Source: an uncultured Methylomirabilota bacterium
Lineage (GTDB): Bacteria; Methylomirabilota; Methylomirabilia; Methylomirabilales; 2-02-FULL-66-22
Assembly: GCA_963845565.1 (NCBI GenBank)
Contig: CAWJSJ010000001.1
Span: 320,001 to 384,000, forward strand
Direction: 5' to 3'
Length of the DNA stretch: 64,000 nt
Under the pieces are notes generated by a model. That model was not told the origin of the DNA and ran no database searches. It saw only the letters and a program-made list of their open reading frames with translations. Every line of letters starts with the position of its first letter. The first letter of the stretch is position 1. Position numbers and translations under genes: made by a program. Shown here piece after piece: positions 33,882-45,471 of the stretch.

Positions 33882-34538
33882 ATGCCGATCTTGGTGGTTG
33901 ACGACGATCCGATCTTCCTCGAGTTGCTCGCAGGGATGCTTCGTTCCGCCGGGCACGAGGTGTTGGTTGCCGCGGATGGGGTCGGGGCGCTGGCGGTCTG
34001 CCGGCGGGTTCGGGTGGATCTCATCGTTGCCGACTGGATCATGCCCGGCATGGACGGCGTGGAGTTGTGCCAATCCCTGAAAGGGGATCCTCTTCTTCGA
34101 CAAATCTACGTCATCCTGCTGACTGCGCGGGAGCGGGTGCCCGACAAAGTGGCGGCCCTCGATGCCGGTGCAGACGAGTATGTCGTCAAGCCGTGCGCCG
34201 AGATCGAGATCTTGGCGCGGGTGCGTGCCGGACTGCGGATCCGTCGGCTGCAGGAGGAGTTGTCGGACATGGAGTGGCGGCTGGCCAGCCGGGAGCTGGC
34301 CGCCGCGCTGGGACACACGATCAACAACCCCCTGACGGCGATCGCCAACTACCTGGAGATCCTTGAGCGATCCTCTACGGCGGGGACCGACGCCTTGCCG
34401 CTGGACATGCTGACCAGTGCGCGGGGAGAAGTCGGGCGAATCGCCGAGATCGTCCGTCGGCTGGTGAACCTGCGCGACCCGAAGCGGATCGCGACGGCGC
34501 TGGGGGCCAACATGACCGATCTGGGCGGTAACGCGTGA
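33882..34538 (+). CDS. Response regulator receiver fused to an HisKA-like H-box, no ATPase domain
   Basis: ILVVDDD, ADWIMPGMDG, KP; LGHTINNPLTAI. Confidence 0.85.
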   Translation: MPILVVDDDPIFLELLAGMLRSAGHEVLVAADGVGALAVCRRVRVDLIVADWIMPGMDGVELCQSLKGDPLLRQIYVILLTARERVPDKVAALDAGADEYVVKPCAEIEILARVRAGLRIRRLQEELSDMEWRLASRELAAALGHTINNPLTAIANYLEILERSSTAGTDALPLDMLTSARGEVGRIAEIVRRLVNLRDPKRIATALGANMTDLGGNA

Positions 34539-34574
34539 CCTATTCCGTAGGTGGGACGGTCTCGGCGGAAGAGG

Positions 34575-35159
34575 CTACCGGTTGGCCCGGCAGTGGACGA
34601 CGACGTTGCACACCAGACGCTCGATCCGGCGGATCGTCAGTACCCGGGCGAGACGTCCGACATACACCTCGCTTCGTCTGTCCTTGAAGAAATTGACGGC
34701 GATCTCTCCGGTGGGTCCGGCGAGCGTCTTGAGCTGCCGGAGGAACGGCCGGGCCAAAGCGCCCCGCTGAAAAACGCGGCCGCGGAAAAGGTCCACCGCC
34801 ACGTAATCGAACTGGGCGCGGCACCCGGCCGCGTACGCGAAGGCGTCGCCGATGACGATCTCGAGGTTGGGCAAGGCGAGATCGAAGTGGCGACGAGCGA
34901 ATTCGATCAGGCCGGCGTCGTTGTCCACGCCCACGATCCGCACGGCGGGAAATCGTCGGGTGAGCAGATGGGCGAGCGTGCCGGCCCCCACCCCCAGCAG
35001 CAGGGCGGTGCGCGGCACGCCGTCGGGCAGCATGGCCGCCCAGTAGCCGAACGGCGGATCCCGGTCCGTCACCGCAACCGAGAGGATCACGCCGCCCACC
35101 GCGAGCACGCGGTGGCCTTCGTATTCTTCGATCCGCAGCGGCGCCTCGCTTCCGATCAC
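34575..35159 (-). CDS. Spermidine-synthase-like SAM methyltransferase
   Basis: LLLGVGAGT, IVGVD, IGDA, FDYVAVDLF. Confidence 0.75.
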   Translation of the reverse strand: MIGSEAPLRIEEYEGHRVLAVGGVILSVAVTDRDPPFGYWAAMLPDGVPRTALLLGVGAGTLAHLLTRRFPAVRIVGVDNDAGLIEFARRHFDLALPNLEIVIGDAFAYAAGCRAQFDYVAVDLFRGRVFQRGALARPFLRQLKTLAGPTGEIAVNFFKDRRSEVYVGRLARVLTIRRIERLVCNVVVHCRANR

Positions 35160-35331
35160 CGCGGACGTTGCCGCATTTCCCGCGGCGCTGTGTAGATCAC
35201 CCAGGTGTTGTGTGGGCTCAGGCACGGCCTCGTCCCTCCGGGTTCGCGGGCGCTACCCCCATCGGGTGGACATTCTACCAAATTTCTCGCCGCATGTGTC
35301 GGCGTTCGGCGCAACGCCCGGGCAGTGGCGT

Positions 35332-35361
35332 TTGACATTGAAGGCGGCCTACTCCTAGAAT
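35332..35361 (+). promoter_or_regulatory. Sigma70-type promoter
   Basis: TTGACA-N18-TAGAAT. Confidence 0.6.
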
Positions 35362-35472
35362 GTACCCGTGCCCCGAACGGTAGCCCTGGCGGCCTTTCCC
35401 GGGTGTGAAGGGAAGGCGGCGGAGCCGCCGATGCCTTGCGGGGGATGCGGGCAATCTGGAAGGAGGAGCATC

Positions 35473-36294
35473 ATGGCACACGGCTTCCTGACGTCACCGC
35501 CGGTCCGGGGACGACAGCGACGCGAGATCTTCATCTCCGCCGTCCAGTATGACGATCAACTCAGGTCGGGCGGGATGAGCGCACTGGACCTCGCGCCACG
35601 GGCCGCCGCGTTCGGGGTGCAGGGGATAGAGTACCGGGATGTGTACTGGCGGGATAGGCGTGTCGAGTTGCCTGAGGCGAAGCGGCAACTCGCCCAACTC
35701 AAGCTGCGGGCGGCGTACACCACCATGGCGCCGCTCTACCACCCCGACCCGGCCGTGCAGCAGCGGTTGCTCCGCGATATCGAAGACGCCCGCGACCTGG
35801 GTGCCACGCTGCTCCGGGTCAATCTGGGGCAGCGGCCCGGCACCGGTCCGGCGGACGCCGCGATCCACTACGCCGGCCGCATGGCGGTCGAGCGGGCGGC
35901 CGCGCTCCGGGTGCGGCTGACTCTGGAGAACAACTCCAAGGCGCCGGATCATCTTCTCTCGGACGTGCGGCAGACGCTCGTCACGTTCAGTTGTCGCTTT
36001 TTCGGTACCAACCTCGATTTCGCCAACTACGTGACGACCGGCCAGGATCCGATCGCGGCCATCCGAGCGCTGACGCGCTGGATAAACTACACCCACGCCA
36101 AGGATGTGCAAACGACTGCGGATGGGTGGCGGTCCACGTATCTCGGGAACGGCACCTTGCCCCTGAAGGAGATCATCGGCGCCCTGGATGCAACCGGCAA
36201 GCGGTTTCCCTTCTGTTTCGAGTTCCCGGGCGAGGGCGATCCGGAGCGCGGGATCCGCCAGAGCCTGGAGTTCCTGGCGACGCTGGAGGGGTAG
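35473..36294 (+). CDS. Sugar phosphate isomerase/epimerase (AP endonuclease 2-like TIM barrel)
   Basis: LTLEN, NLDFAN, THAKD, LGNG, FEF; RBS AGGAGG. Confidence 0.85.
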   Translation: MAHGFLTSPPVRGRQRREIFISAVQYDDQLRSGGMSALDLAPRAAAFGVQGIEYRDVYWRDRRVELPEAKRQLAQLKLRAAYTTMAPLYHPDPAVQQRLLRDIEDARDLGATLLRVNLGQRPGTGPADAAIHYAGRMAVERAAALRVRLTLENNSKAPDHLLSDVRQTLVTFSCRFFGTNLDFANYVTTGQDPIAAIRALTRWINYTHAKDVQTTADGWRSTYLGNGTLPLKEIIGALDATGKRFPFCFEFPGEGDPERGIRQSLEFLATLEG

Positions 36295-36317
36295 CGGGCA
36301 CGGATGGTCGCGTCGGC

Positions 36318-36539
36318 CTAAAGCGGGTGAAGGCCGGCGATCTCGACGCGGGCCTCGGCGAGCAGGGTGCGCACCTGCTCGGCCCGACCCCACTCGAAGC
36401 GCAATGCCATTCCGCAATCGCTGGAGAACTCTCGGGGGGTGGGGACCAGCTTGGTGGGCACGGCGTGCTTGAGGAGCGTCTTTTCAGCGCGTAGGGCCGC
36501 GGAGGTTGTGTGAAACAGGGCCACCCCGAGGCCGCTCAT
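36318..36539 (-). CDS. DUF3343 family protein (putative Se/S carrier-like)
   Basis: FHTTSAALRAEK...VPTPREFSSDCG. Confidence 0.85.
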   Translation of the reverse strand: MSGLGVALFHTTSAALRAEKTLLKHAVPTKLVPTPREFSSDCGMALRFEWGRAEQVRTLLAEARVEIAGLHPL

Positions 36540-37684
36540 CCCTTGACGAGCCTTTCGATCGCGCACAACGTCGCATCCATGTCCTCTCGGCTGGTGAGGG
36601 CCCCGGGCGCGAGGCGTACCGTGCCCTCCGGAAACGTCCCCAGGGTCCGATGCGCTGCGGGCGCGCAGTGCAGCCCGACCCGGGTGAGAATCCCGTACTC
36701 CTCGTCAAGCCGAAGGCCGATCTCGGAAACGCGACGGTTCCGGATGGTGAATGACACAACCGCCGTGCGCTGTGTGGCATCGGCGGGTCCATATATCGTT
36801 ACATCAGGGATAGCGAGCAGTCCCTCGACCAATTGCCGCGTCAGCGCCACTTCGTGAGCGCGAATCGCCTCCACACCCCTGGATCTGACCCAGCGAATCC
36901 CAGCGCCCAGACCGGCAATGCCCGCGCCATTCGGGGTTCCACACTCGAACTTGTCCGGCAGATCCTCAGGCTGCTCCTCGGACTCGGACCGGCTGCCGGT
37001 GCCCCCGCGCATGATTGGGTGAAGCAGCGCCGCGTCCACCCGATCACCGAGCACCAGCCCGCCCGTTCCCGGCGGACCCAACAGTCCCTTGTGCCCGGTG
37101 AACGCCAAGAAATCAATTCCGAGGGCGGACATGTCGATCGGGATGACGCCCGCAGTCTGGGCCGCATCCACCAGGAGGAGGGTTCCCTGCCGTCGGGCGA
37201 TCTCTGCAATCTCGGTCAGGGGAGACAGCGTGCCCGTCACGTTGCTGGCGTGGTTCACGACCGCCAGGCGTGCACCGGATGAGAGCGCCTGCCGCATTGC
37301 CGCCGGTACCAGCGCCCCGTCGGAACTACATGCGGCGACACTGAGCCGCACCCCGGCCTTTTCAAGGGCGCGAAGCGGACGCATGACCGCGTTGTGCTCC
37401 ATCCCGGTGGTAACGACGTGATCGCCCGGATGGAGCAGGCCCTGCAGGACGAGGTTGATGGCGTGGGTCGCATTCTGGGTGAAGATGACTCTCAGCGGGT
37501 CGGGACTATGGAACAGTTCCGCTACCGCTTCCCGGGCGTCATAGACGGTCCGGCCGGCGGCAATGGAAAGGCGGTGGCCGGAGCGCCCCGGGTTGCCCCC
37601 GGCGTGCTCCAGGAATTCCGCCACGGCCCGCAGGACCTCCGGCGGCTTAGGCCACGAGGTGGCGGCGTTGTCGAGGTAGATCAT
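36536..37684 (-). CDS. PLP cysteine desulfurase / selenocysteine lyase family
   Basis: IYLDNAATS, EHNAV, DAAQT, GHK, RVGLHCAP. Confidence 0.92.
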   Translation of the reverse strand: MIYLDNAATSWPKPPEVLRAVAEFLEHAGGNPGRSGHRLSIAAGRTVYDAREAVAELFHSPDPLRVIFTQNATHAINLVLQGLLHPGDHVVTTGMEHNAVMRPLRALEKAGVRLSVAACSSDGALVPAAMRQALSSGARLAVVNHASNVTGTLSPLTEIAEIARRQGTLLLVDAAQTAGVIPIDMSALGIDFLAFTGHKGLLGPPGTGGLVLGDRVDAALLHPIMRGGTGSRSESEEQPEDLPDKFECGTPNGAGIAGLGAGIRWVRSRGVEAIRAHEVALTRQLVEGLLAIPDVTIYGPADATQRTAVVSFTIRNRRVSEIGLRLDEEYGILTRVGLHCAPAAHRTLGTFPEGTVRLAPGALTSREDMDATLCAIERLVKG

Positions 37685-37902
37685 TTTCGCAGGATCAGCC
37701 TCAGGCTGCCGTCACTCTGCTCCTCCTCGGTGACGCGCCAACCGGCTCGCTCCGCGATGCGCGTGACGTTGTCGCGGGCGGTGCCGGGATCCACGAACAC
37801 CTCTACGGTTCCTCCCGCCAGTGGGCGCAGTGCGTGCGTGGCCTGGAGCGCAGGCTGGGGACAGGAAAGGCCGCGGGTGTCGAGCGTGACTGTGTTTGCC
37901 AT
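37681..37902 (-). CDS. TusA/YedF family sulfur/selenium carrier
   Basis: LDTRGLSCPQP. Confidence 0.9.
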   Translation of the reverse strand: MANTVTLDTRGLSCPQPALQATHALRPLAGGTVEVFVDPGTARDNVTRIAERAGWRVTEEEQSDGSLRLILRK

Positions 37903-37912
37903 GACGCGCCCC

Positions 37913-39019
37913 CTATGTACTCTGCGGTTCGCGCATCGTGAGACCGAGCACGATGCAGAGGGAGAGGCCAACGATGACCATGGACGGACCGAATGCCGCC
38001 GGGCCGTTCGGGGAGCTGGCAGCGTTGAACGTATGAGAAATCCCCGCACCCACGATTGCCCCCAGGGCGAAGATTGCAGCGTCTCCGTCACCCTCTCCGG
38101 CGAGGAAAAGCTGCCGCCCGGGGCAGCCACCTGCCAGCGTGAAGGCGAGCCCAGACAATACCATCCCGCCGAAGTTCCACAGGGCGTTGGTGTGCGCGAT
38201 GGGCTGCCCCTGGAATCCGGGTTTGAATAGGCCAAGGGCAAGATTCGTGAAGAAGGCCGCGACGAGAAGCGCGAGTACGCCGTTGAACAGGTGCGAATCT
38301 TTCAGAAGGATCAGGTCCCGGATGGCCCCCACGGTGCAGAAGCGGCTGCGCTGGGCCAGAAAACCCACGAAAAGTCCGATGCCGAGCGAGATGAGGATCG
38401 GAGCGTGTTGGCTTCCGGGCCCCTGGGCGGAGAAGAAGATGGGGCCGGTCGCCGTCCCGTCCGGATTTCGGCCGAACTGCGGCGCGAACAGGAGCAGGAG
38501 CAGGAGGGCAATCATCACTCCCGGCATGACCCAACCCAGTGCGCGCGGCGCGGGTCGGTTGCGTCCGAGGCCGAAGCCCATGCGGAGAAACACAATACCC
38601 AACCCAATTCCGGCGGCCAATCCCAGGATGCCTAGGATAGCGTTGCCGTCGCCCGCGCTCAGGCGGAGATAGGCGCGCCAGGGGCAGCCGAGAAACACCA
38701 GGGCGCCGATCATCGAGAGCATCCCAAGCAGGAAACGTACCACGGGGGCTGATCCGGTGCGCGGCTTGAACTCGCGAAACATGAGCGCCGCGGCCAGCGA
38801 GCCGAGGACGAAGCCGACGATCTCGGGACGGATGTATTGGACGGCAGCGGCGCGGTGGAGCCCCAGCGCGCCGGCAATGTCCCGGCTGAAGCAGGCCACG
38901 CAGACTCCCATGTTACCGGGATTTCCGAGCGCGACGAGCACGGGCGCCAGCACGCCGACCGCGATGCCGGTGAGGATCGGGCCCCAGCGGGAGGTTAACA
39001 GGTTGTGTCGTGTCGGCAT
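37913..39019 (-). CDS. yedE: YedE family putative selenium transporter
   Basis: GNPGNMGVCVACF, QYIRPEI, GCP, RSRFC, GGCPGRQ. Confidence 0.9.
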   Translation of the reverse strand: MPTRHNLLTSRWGPILTGIAVGVLAPVLVALGNPGNMGVCVACFSRDIAGALGLHRAAAVQYIRPEIVGFVLGSLAAALMFREFKPRTGSAPVVRFLLGMLSMIGALVFLGCPWRAYLRLSAGDGNAILGILGLAAGIGLGIVFLRMGFGLGRNRPAPRALGWVMPGVMIALLLLLLFAPQFGRNPDGTATGPIFFSAQGPGSQHAPILISLGIGLFVGFLAQRSRFCTVGAIRDLILLKDSHLFNGVLALLVAAFFTNLALGLFKPGFQGQPIAHTNALWNFGGMVLSGLAFTLAGGCPGRQLFLAGEGDGDAAIFALGAIVGAGISHTFNAASSPNGPAAFGPSMVIVGLSLCIVLGLTMREPQST

Positions 39020-39206
39020 GGGCGTCCCTCCGTTGTTGTCGTGCGGGATGCGACGGTGGAAACGCGTCTCTGTTCCCGTCGCGACGTCGCGACAAGCCCG
39101 ATAGCGCACATTGAAAAAACCTATATCACAATTCTTTGGTTAATGGCAAGTGCGGGTACCCGGATCGCGATGCGTGGCTCGTTCGGCGAGACGGAGACCA
39201 CAGGCG

Positions 39207-42200
39207 TCAGTTGAAGTAGGCCGGATACCGCCGCGGGTGCGGCTTGACACGCTGGTAGGAACGGGCCAACTCGAGGAAGATCTCCAACTCGGACGTGAGA
39301 TCGCGATCCGTCCCATCGACATACACGTTCTTGATGGGAAGTCCGGCGTGCTCGGCGCGCTGGCGAGGGTAGAGCGACTCCGAGACGATGCCGTTCATGC
39401 AGGTGAACGGGCTCACGTCGATGATTCCGTCCACCCCTTTCCGGAAGAAGCAGTCCACCTTGCCGGCGGACAGAACCATCTCGCCGCCGGCACCCCGCTG
39501 GGGAAGATACGGCGCCCCGGCCCGGAGGACGTGGCGCACATCCTCCGACTCCTCGTAGCCGGCGAAGTCCTCCGCGAAGGGAGCGCGGAGGGCGATCTCG
39601 TCGGCGCGCTGGACCCAGTCCCGGACCTTGGCGCCCAACATGGCGCAGGAGAAGCGACCCCCGGCATGGCGTAGCGCCAGTTCCTGGTCCACATTGCAGT
39701 ACCACACCCATTCCGACACGTCCGACTGCCATGCCTCCGCCCCGTATGACTCCAGCCGTCGGATGAGATGGTTGTTGCTGAACTCCTCCAGTCGGCAGAA
39801 GATCTCTCCTTGGATCCCGATGAGGAGCCGTCCTCGCTGGTAGCGCGCCGCGAGGGCGCGGAAGCGATCGCGGATACGGACGAGCGTGGCGACCAGGAGC
39901 GTCAGATGGACCCTTGAGGAGAGGCCGCCCGTTTCCAGCGCCGCGCACAGTTCGTGGAGCGAGACTTGGTAGGCACGATCGGCGTCGCCCAGCGTCCACT
40001 CGTAGGGTCGGGTCTTCAGCAGGAGCTTTCTCAGGAGGTCCGAGGAGACGAGAGCGCGCCAGGCGACTCGCCGGAGGGCGGAGCCGGAGATTCCCCGGGT
40101 GTCATATCCGTCGCCCGTCGTGGGTGAGACGAGCAGCGCGTCGGGAAACCCGGCATCCCGGAGCGCGTTCCGGATGGACGGACCGTACTGGCCGAAGCGG
40201 CAAGGCCCTTCGGTGGCCGGCATGAAAAAGGCGACGTGCGCGGGGTCGAAGTCCGGCGCCTCGGTCACCTTCATGAAATCTCCGAGGGTCACCTTCGCCG
40301 GAAGGCATTCGTCGCCGGTCAGATGACGGCTTCCGAGTTCGAGCGTGCGGCGATCGGGCGGCGGCAAGGCTGTCGCCGCGATGCCGACCGATCGAAATGC
40401 GGCCGCCACGGCCTCGCTGCCGCAGTCGGTCATGCGCGAGAAGTATAGGTGCCGGCTGGGCAGGTCTGTGGACCTCTGTCGCCACCATCGCAGCATTCCC
40501 TTGCTGTCCAGGTACGCCTCGCACCGGGTGAGAAAGCCGGCGTCGTTGCTGTGCCCGTCGAACTGAAGGCTCAAGAACGGTTTGCCGCACGCGGAGCCGA
40601 GAAAATGTTTGATGTAGGAGTCGGGACCGCATTTGAAGTTTGTGATGTGCACGAGGTGCAGGGTGGGAGTGCGGCCCGCGACCTTCGCCGCGGCCAGGAT
40701 GCGCCGCCCCGAGTGCCAGTACATATTGTCGTTCACGTCGCGGATATCCACGTCACCGAGGGGCAGGCAGTCGAGCGGTATGACGTTGATCCCGTAATAG
40801 TCCCGAAGTTTCCCCGGCACGTCCAGGTTGATGGCCCGGTCATGGATGTTGTACGGACGGCCGACGAGGACGATCCCCGGCTGACCGCTAGCCGCCAGCG
40901 CCGCCAACGCCTCACGGCCGAGGTGCTCCAGCGCGGCCTGAAACCGCCGCTGGGCGGCAAACGCAGCCGCCACCGCCCGGACCGTGTGGGCTTTGCGCGC
41001 GCCCAGCATCCGTCCGAATGACACCAGATCGTGAGTGACGTGTTCCTCCCCCAGCCGGAAATGGACGGTCGGGGCCAAGATCCGCTCACGAATCGCCGCC
41101 AGGCGCGGGACGCTCTTCACGACGTAGGGAAGCGTCTGGGCCCACGGGCACATCTGCGACTCGGTCGTGTCCGGCGTCGGCTCGGCATTCAGGACATTCG
41201 GGAGGAGGATCCAGTCCACCCCCTTGTCCAGCAGGTCCTTCACGTGACCGTGCGCCACGCGGATGGGGTAGCACGGCTCCGCCACGGTCAGGTCAATGCC
41301 GTCTTGCGCAATCTTCCGGTTGGTCTCGTCCGACAGGACCACGGCGCATCCCAAGGCCTCCAGGAGCGCGCGCCAGAAGGGGAACCGGTCGTAGAAGAAC
41401 ATGGCCCGGGGAATCCCGACGCGCGGACCGGCTCCGATGGGGCCGTCGTATCCGTCCAGCAGTCGCTCTCGTCGTCGTGCCATCAGGTCGGGGATCACCG
41501 GCACGCGCTCGGTTCGGGCGCGCTTTCGGAACTTGTCGCTGCACTTGTCTCCCCAATACGTCTTGACCCCCTCGACGGTGAATTCCTGCATGTCGCAGAG
41601 GTTGGAGCACGCGCGGCACACGAACTCCCGCAGGGAGTAGCGGACTGCCTCCAGGTCGAAGCCGCGGAACGTGGACGGCCGTCCCGTCCCGCGCACCTTC
41701 TCCTGGGCCAGGAGCGCCATGCCGATGGCGCCGATCACGCCGTTGTGGGGCGGCACGATGATGCGCTGTTCCCAGGATGCCGGCGAAGGCCGCCGCGACG
41801 GCGTCGTTGTACGCCGTGCCGCCCTGGAAATAGATCGCCTGACCGATCCGGCGCCCGCGCACCACGCGGTGGAGGTAGTTGAGGGCGACGGAATAGGCCA
41901 GGCCCGCCACCAGGTCCTCGCGGGCGGCCCCGCGTTGTTGCCAGGCGTTCACGTCCTGCTCCATGAACACCGTGCAGCGCTCCCCCAAGCGGACCGGCGC
42001 GCGGGATTGAAGACGCCAGGCGCGAGAACTCCTCCTTGATGGACACCCCCAGCCGCTCGGCCTGCTCCTCGAGAAACGAGCCGGTCCCCGCGGCGCAGGC
42101 TTCGTTCATGGCGAAGTCCACCACCACGCCGTCCTCGATGGCGATGAACTTGGCGTCCTGTCCGCCGATCTCGAAGATCGTATCCACCGTCTCGCCGAGG

Positions 42201-43522
42201 AGTGTTCGGGCGACATGCGCGGCGCCGGTGGTGTGGGCGGTGATCTCGTCGGTGATGGTGTCAGCGCCCACCAGCTCTCCAATCAGCTCCCGGCCCGAGC
42301 CGGTGGTGCCGACTCCGCAGATGCGAATGCGGTCCCCCAGGGTCTGGGCGATTGTCCGCAGGCCTTCCCGCACCACCTCGATGGGGCGGCCATCGGTCCG
42401 GACATAGATCTCGTGCAGGACGTCTCCCTCCGCGTCGAGCACGACCAGGTTGGTGCTAACCGACCCGATGTCGATGCCAAGGTACGCCTCCACCTGCGCG
42501 CCGGGCGCGGGGAGGCGCGGCGGGCGGACTCGATCGCGCAGGAGCAACACGTTCTCCAGGCTCAGGGGCCGGGCCGTCGTGCCGTCGCTCCCGTTGCCGT
42601 TCGGACGCGAAGGGACGGGGTGGCCGAGTGCGAGGGGCGCGTGGATCGCTGTTCCCGGCGCGGTGCGCCGGCACAGAAGGGCGGCGCCGATGGCCCCGTA
42701 CCAGGGGGCGGCGTCGGGGACGAGGAACTGGCATTCGTCGAGCGCGTACAGTTCGCGCAGGGACTGCGCGATGCCGGCATTTCGCGCCAGCCCGCCCACG
42801 AACGCCACGGGAGGCACGACGGCCTTGCCTTTGCTGATGCTGCCTTTGAAATTGCGAGCTACCGCATCGCACAGTCCGCGGAGAACCTGGGGTGGGGTGG
42901 CCCCCTTTTGCTGGGCATGGATCATGTCGGACTTGGCGAAGACCGAACAGCGGCCGGCGATGCGGGCCGCCGAGGGGGCCGTCACGGCGATGCGGCCGAC
43001 GTCTTCCACGCGATAACGGAGCCGATGTGCCTGTTGGTCCATGAAGGCACCGGTGCCCGCCGCGCAGTCGCCGTTGGTTTCATAGTCCAGGATGGCAGGC
43101 TGCCCGGTGACGGGATCGACGGCGAGACGCAGGAAGCGGGAGGATTCACCCCCCATCTCGAAGACGGTCGAGACCTCCGGATGCAGGAATGCTACCGCGG
43201 ATGCGATGGCCGTGAAGTCGTTGACGCGCTCGATCGCTTCGTGGGCCTGGAAGAGCCGAGCGCCCGCCCCGGTCACGCGAATGCGCTGGACGGGAAGGTC
43301 GGGGATGGCATCCCGGACGGCGCCAAGGATCGTCTGCGCGACGCCTACGGGATTGCCGAGGGTCCGGCGATAGGGAGAAAGGAGGAGGGGCTGGCCGGTC
43401 GACTGGAAGACGAACCCCCCGGCCTGCACCAACCGCTGGAGGAGCGGACGATCCTCGGGGTCCCCAACGACCGCGCCTTTGACGCTGACGGTCCCGATGT
43501 CGATACCGACGCAGATGCTCAT
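39207..43522 (-). CDS. Fused acyl-CoA dehydratase activase x2 + DUF2229 + reductase (PlsA-PlsR / Ger-like), two +1 frameshifts (~42013, ~41769)
   Basis: GIDIG/MGGE/CAAGTG/CSVF, second GIDIGS/IGGQD/CAAGTG/CTVF, CxxCxNxC, CYP, FKCGPD, ECLP, GPCRFGQY, PFTCM; ~1437 aa when joined. Confidence 0.85.
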
Positions 43523-44331
43523 GAGGGTCTCCCCTCAGGGCGACGCAATCGGCGGAGCCGACGGCACCCTGAAATAGTACCCCGAACCGTGCGGCATTTC
43601 AAGGCGACGACCATCATGCCAGCGGTTACCAAGCCACACTAGCGGTTCCACGAAGCGTCTTCCAGGCAGGAGGTGCAGGTGGACCACGTCTCTCCTGTAT
43701 GAGGAACGACACGGTGTTCTGTAGGTAGCGGACTCGATCCGCTCCCGCCTGCTCACTCGGGCGACCCCTGCACCGTAATCCACCTTGGCGGTGTGGCGCG
43801 CCTCCACTCGGCCGCCAGCAAGTCGGCGGCGAGAAACGCGTAATCGCCACGACCCTGAAGCGCTTCGCGCACGGCAGCCACGATCTGCTCCCAGGTCCAG
43901 CGGGGGTGATCCAACGCGATGGAGCGGCGGAGGATGATTTCGATTGTCGGCAACATGGCTCGCCTCGTTCCGTTAGGCTCTTCGTCGAAGCACGCTATCC
44001 GGTAACGCAACTTGAGTGCCAGATGCCTGGTGTCGCGAACCTCGCCGCCGCGCTTCACTATGTACGCGTATTCATGCTCTCGAGAGCCAAGGAAACGCAG
44101 AACGGCCGTGGTGCGGCACGAGGGGTATGGCTAGCACGTTAGACTAGACCGTTCGCGCGCCGCCTGGAATGCTTTGCACCGTGTCGAATCGACCTTGGAG
44201 GAACCATTGCTGGGAAGGCGTTACCTCTTGAAGGGGGCGACGGGAGTTCGGACTGGCTAGAACCCGGCGGCCTGCGTGGCAGACAGGCGCGGCCCCCGAG
44301 AAGGGCCGGGGGCCGCCGGATGGCGCCGACT

Positions 44332-45273
44332 TCAGTATCGAACCCCGTGGGTGTGCAGCGCGTGATCCACCGCGTGAATCGTCGCGTGGATCTCTTGGGC
44401 GTAGTCAGGCTCACAGAGCCACAGGGCAGCGCCGAGGAGTTGTTTCGCCAGTTCAACGACCTGTGATGGCTCTAGCGGGAGCGTGACTCCGAATGAGCCG
44501 AGGTAGGTCGTGGCCTGATCGGCGAGTTGCTCTGCGACCAGTTGCATCGCGGTCTCGTCGTCTTGCATCAAGACTTGGCCGTACTGGATCATCGTTCGTC
44601 GGAACTTCATTTCCTCGCCGACAATGGTCGCGACCGCCTCCGCACGGGTCAGTCCGAACTGACCCGAAAAGTCACGAGCGTACGCTTCCGCGAGAATCAA
44701 CGGGAACTCCGGGCTGCGAAGCAGGGCCCCCGCCGTGATCTTCTGCCCCACGTGGGGGTCCTGGCGCCTGATCAGGAGGTCCACGGCGCTCTCCACGACG
44801 TTGTGGTGGACCTCAAGGGCCACCGCGTCAGGGATTCCGAGGCCGGAAAGCGGTGCGAGGCTCACCATCTCCTGGGCCTTTGCAATGACGTATCCGTACG
44901 GCGCGTTGCACCGGGCGCACTGATGATGCGCGGTGGAGTCCGCGCCCCACACGTCATTGTGGCTCACAAAGCCAAAGGCGACCGACCTTCCCAACGGACG
45001 ATGAGCGACGTCCCACAACCTCAGGAAGTTGTTATGTGTTTGCGCATAGAGGAACTGCAGCCGATCCGGGTGGTCAAACATGTAGTTGAAAACGTCCGGA
45101 GCCATGCCACCGTATATTTCGTTTGCATTCCGCACGGGTCGGTTGGCGCCCAGATGGTCGTCGATGTACGCGTGGACTGCCGATCCCCAGGGGGATGCCT
45201 CTGGCGCGATGAGAAGTGAGGTGAGGAGAAGGATCCCGAGAAGGACGAGTGGTTTTCTTCCATGTTGTGCCAT
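44332..45273 (-). CDS. Secreted Zn-dependent phospholipase C / S1-P1-like protein
   Basis: Signal peptide then WGSAVH; GGMAPD; GFVSH..ADSTAH; HNVVE. Confidence 0.6.
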   Translation of the reverse strand: MAQHGRKPLVLLGILLLTSLLIAPEASPWGSAVHAYIDDHLGANRPVRNANEIYGGMAPDVFNYMFDHPDRLQFLYAQTHNNFLRLWDVAHRPLGRSVAFGFVSHNDVWGADSTAHHQCARCNAPYGYVIAKAQEMVSLAPLSGLGIPDAVALEVHHNVVESAVDLLIRRQDPHVGQKITAGALLRSPEFPLILAEAYARDFSGQFGLTRAEAVATIVGEEMKFRRTMIQYGQVLMQDDETAMQLVAEQLADQATTYLGSFGVTLPLEPSQVVELAKQLLGAALWLCEPDYAQEIHATIHAVDHALHTHGVRY

Positions 45274-45471
45274 GATCTTTCCCTCCCAAAGAGTGGTCAT
45301 GCTGGTGAGGGGCATTTGGGCTTCGCGGCACTTGTCGGTCTATAGACATCACCTGGCCGGGAGAGGCGGGCCCCTGGAATCACCTATGACGTCTGTCGAA
45401 AGTGGATGTCTTACGAGGGTCTGACGCATAGGAGGGATCTCCGCACGTTGCCGGTGTGGTTGCATACGCCA

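Noticed and set aside
41735..42030. Programmed frameshifting in the activase fusion
   Set aside because: Both breaks are resolved by removing one base, with no slippery heptamer; similar indels in several other genes point to sequencing error or decay
43535..44058. Two overlapping small minus-strand ORFs upstream of the activase
   Set aside because: Possibly one frameshifted hypothetical gene, but no motif or clear start supports a call
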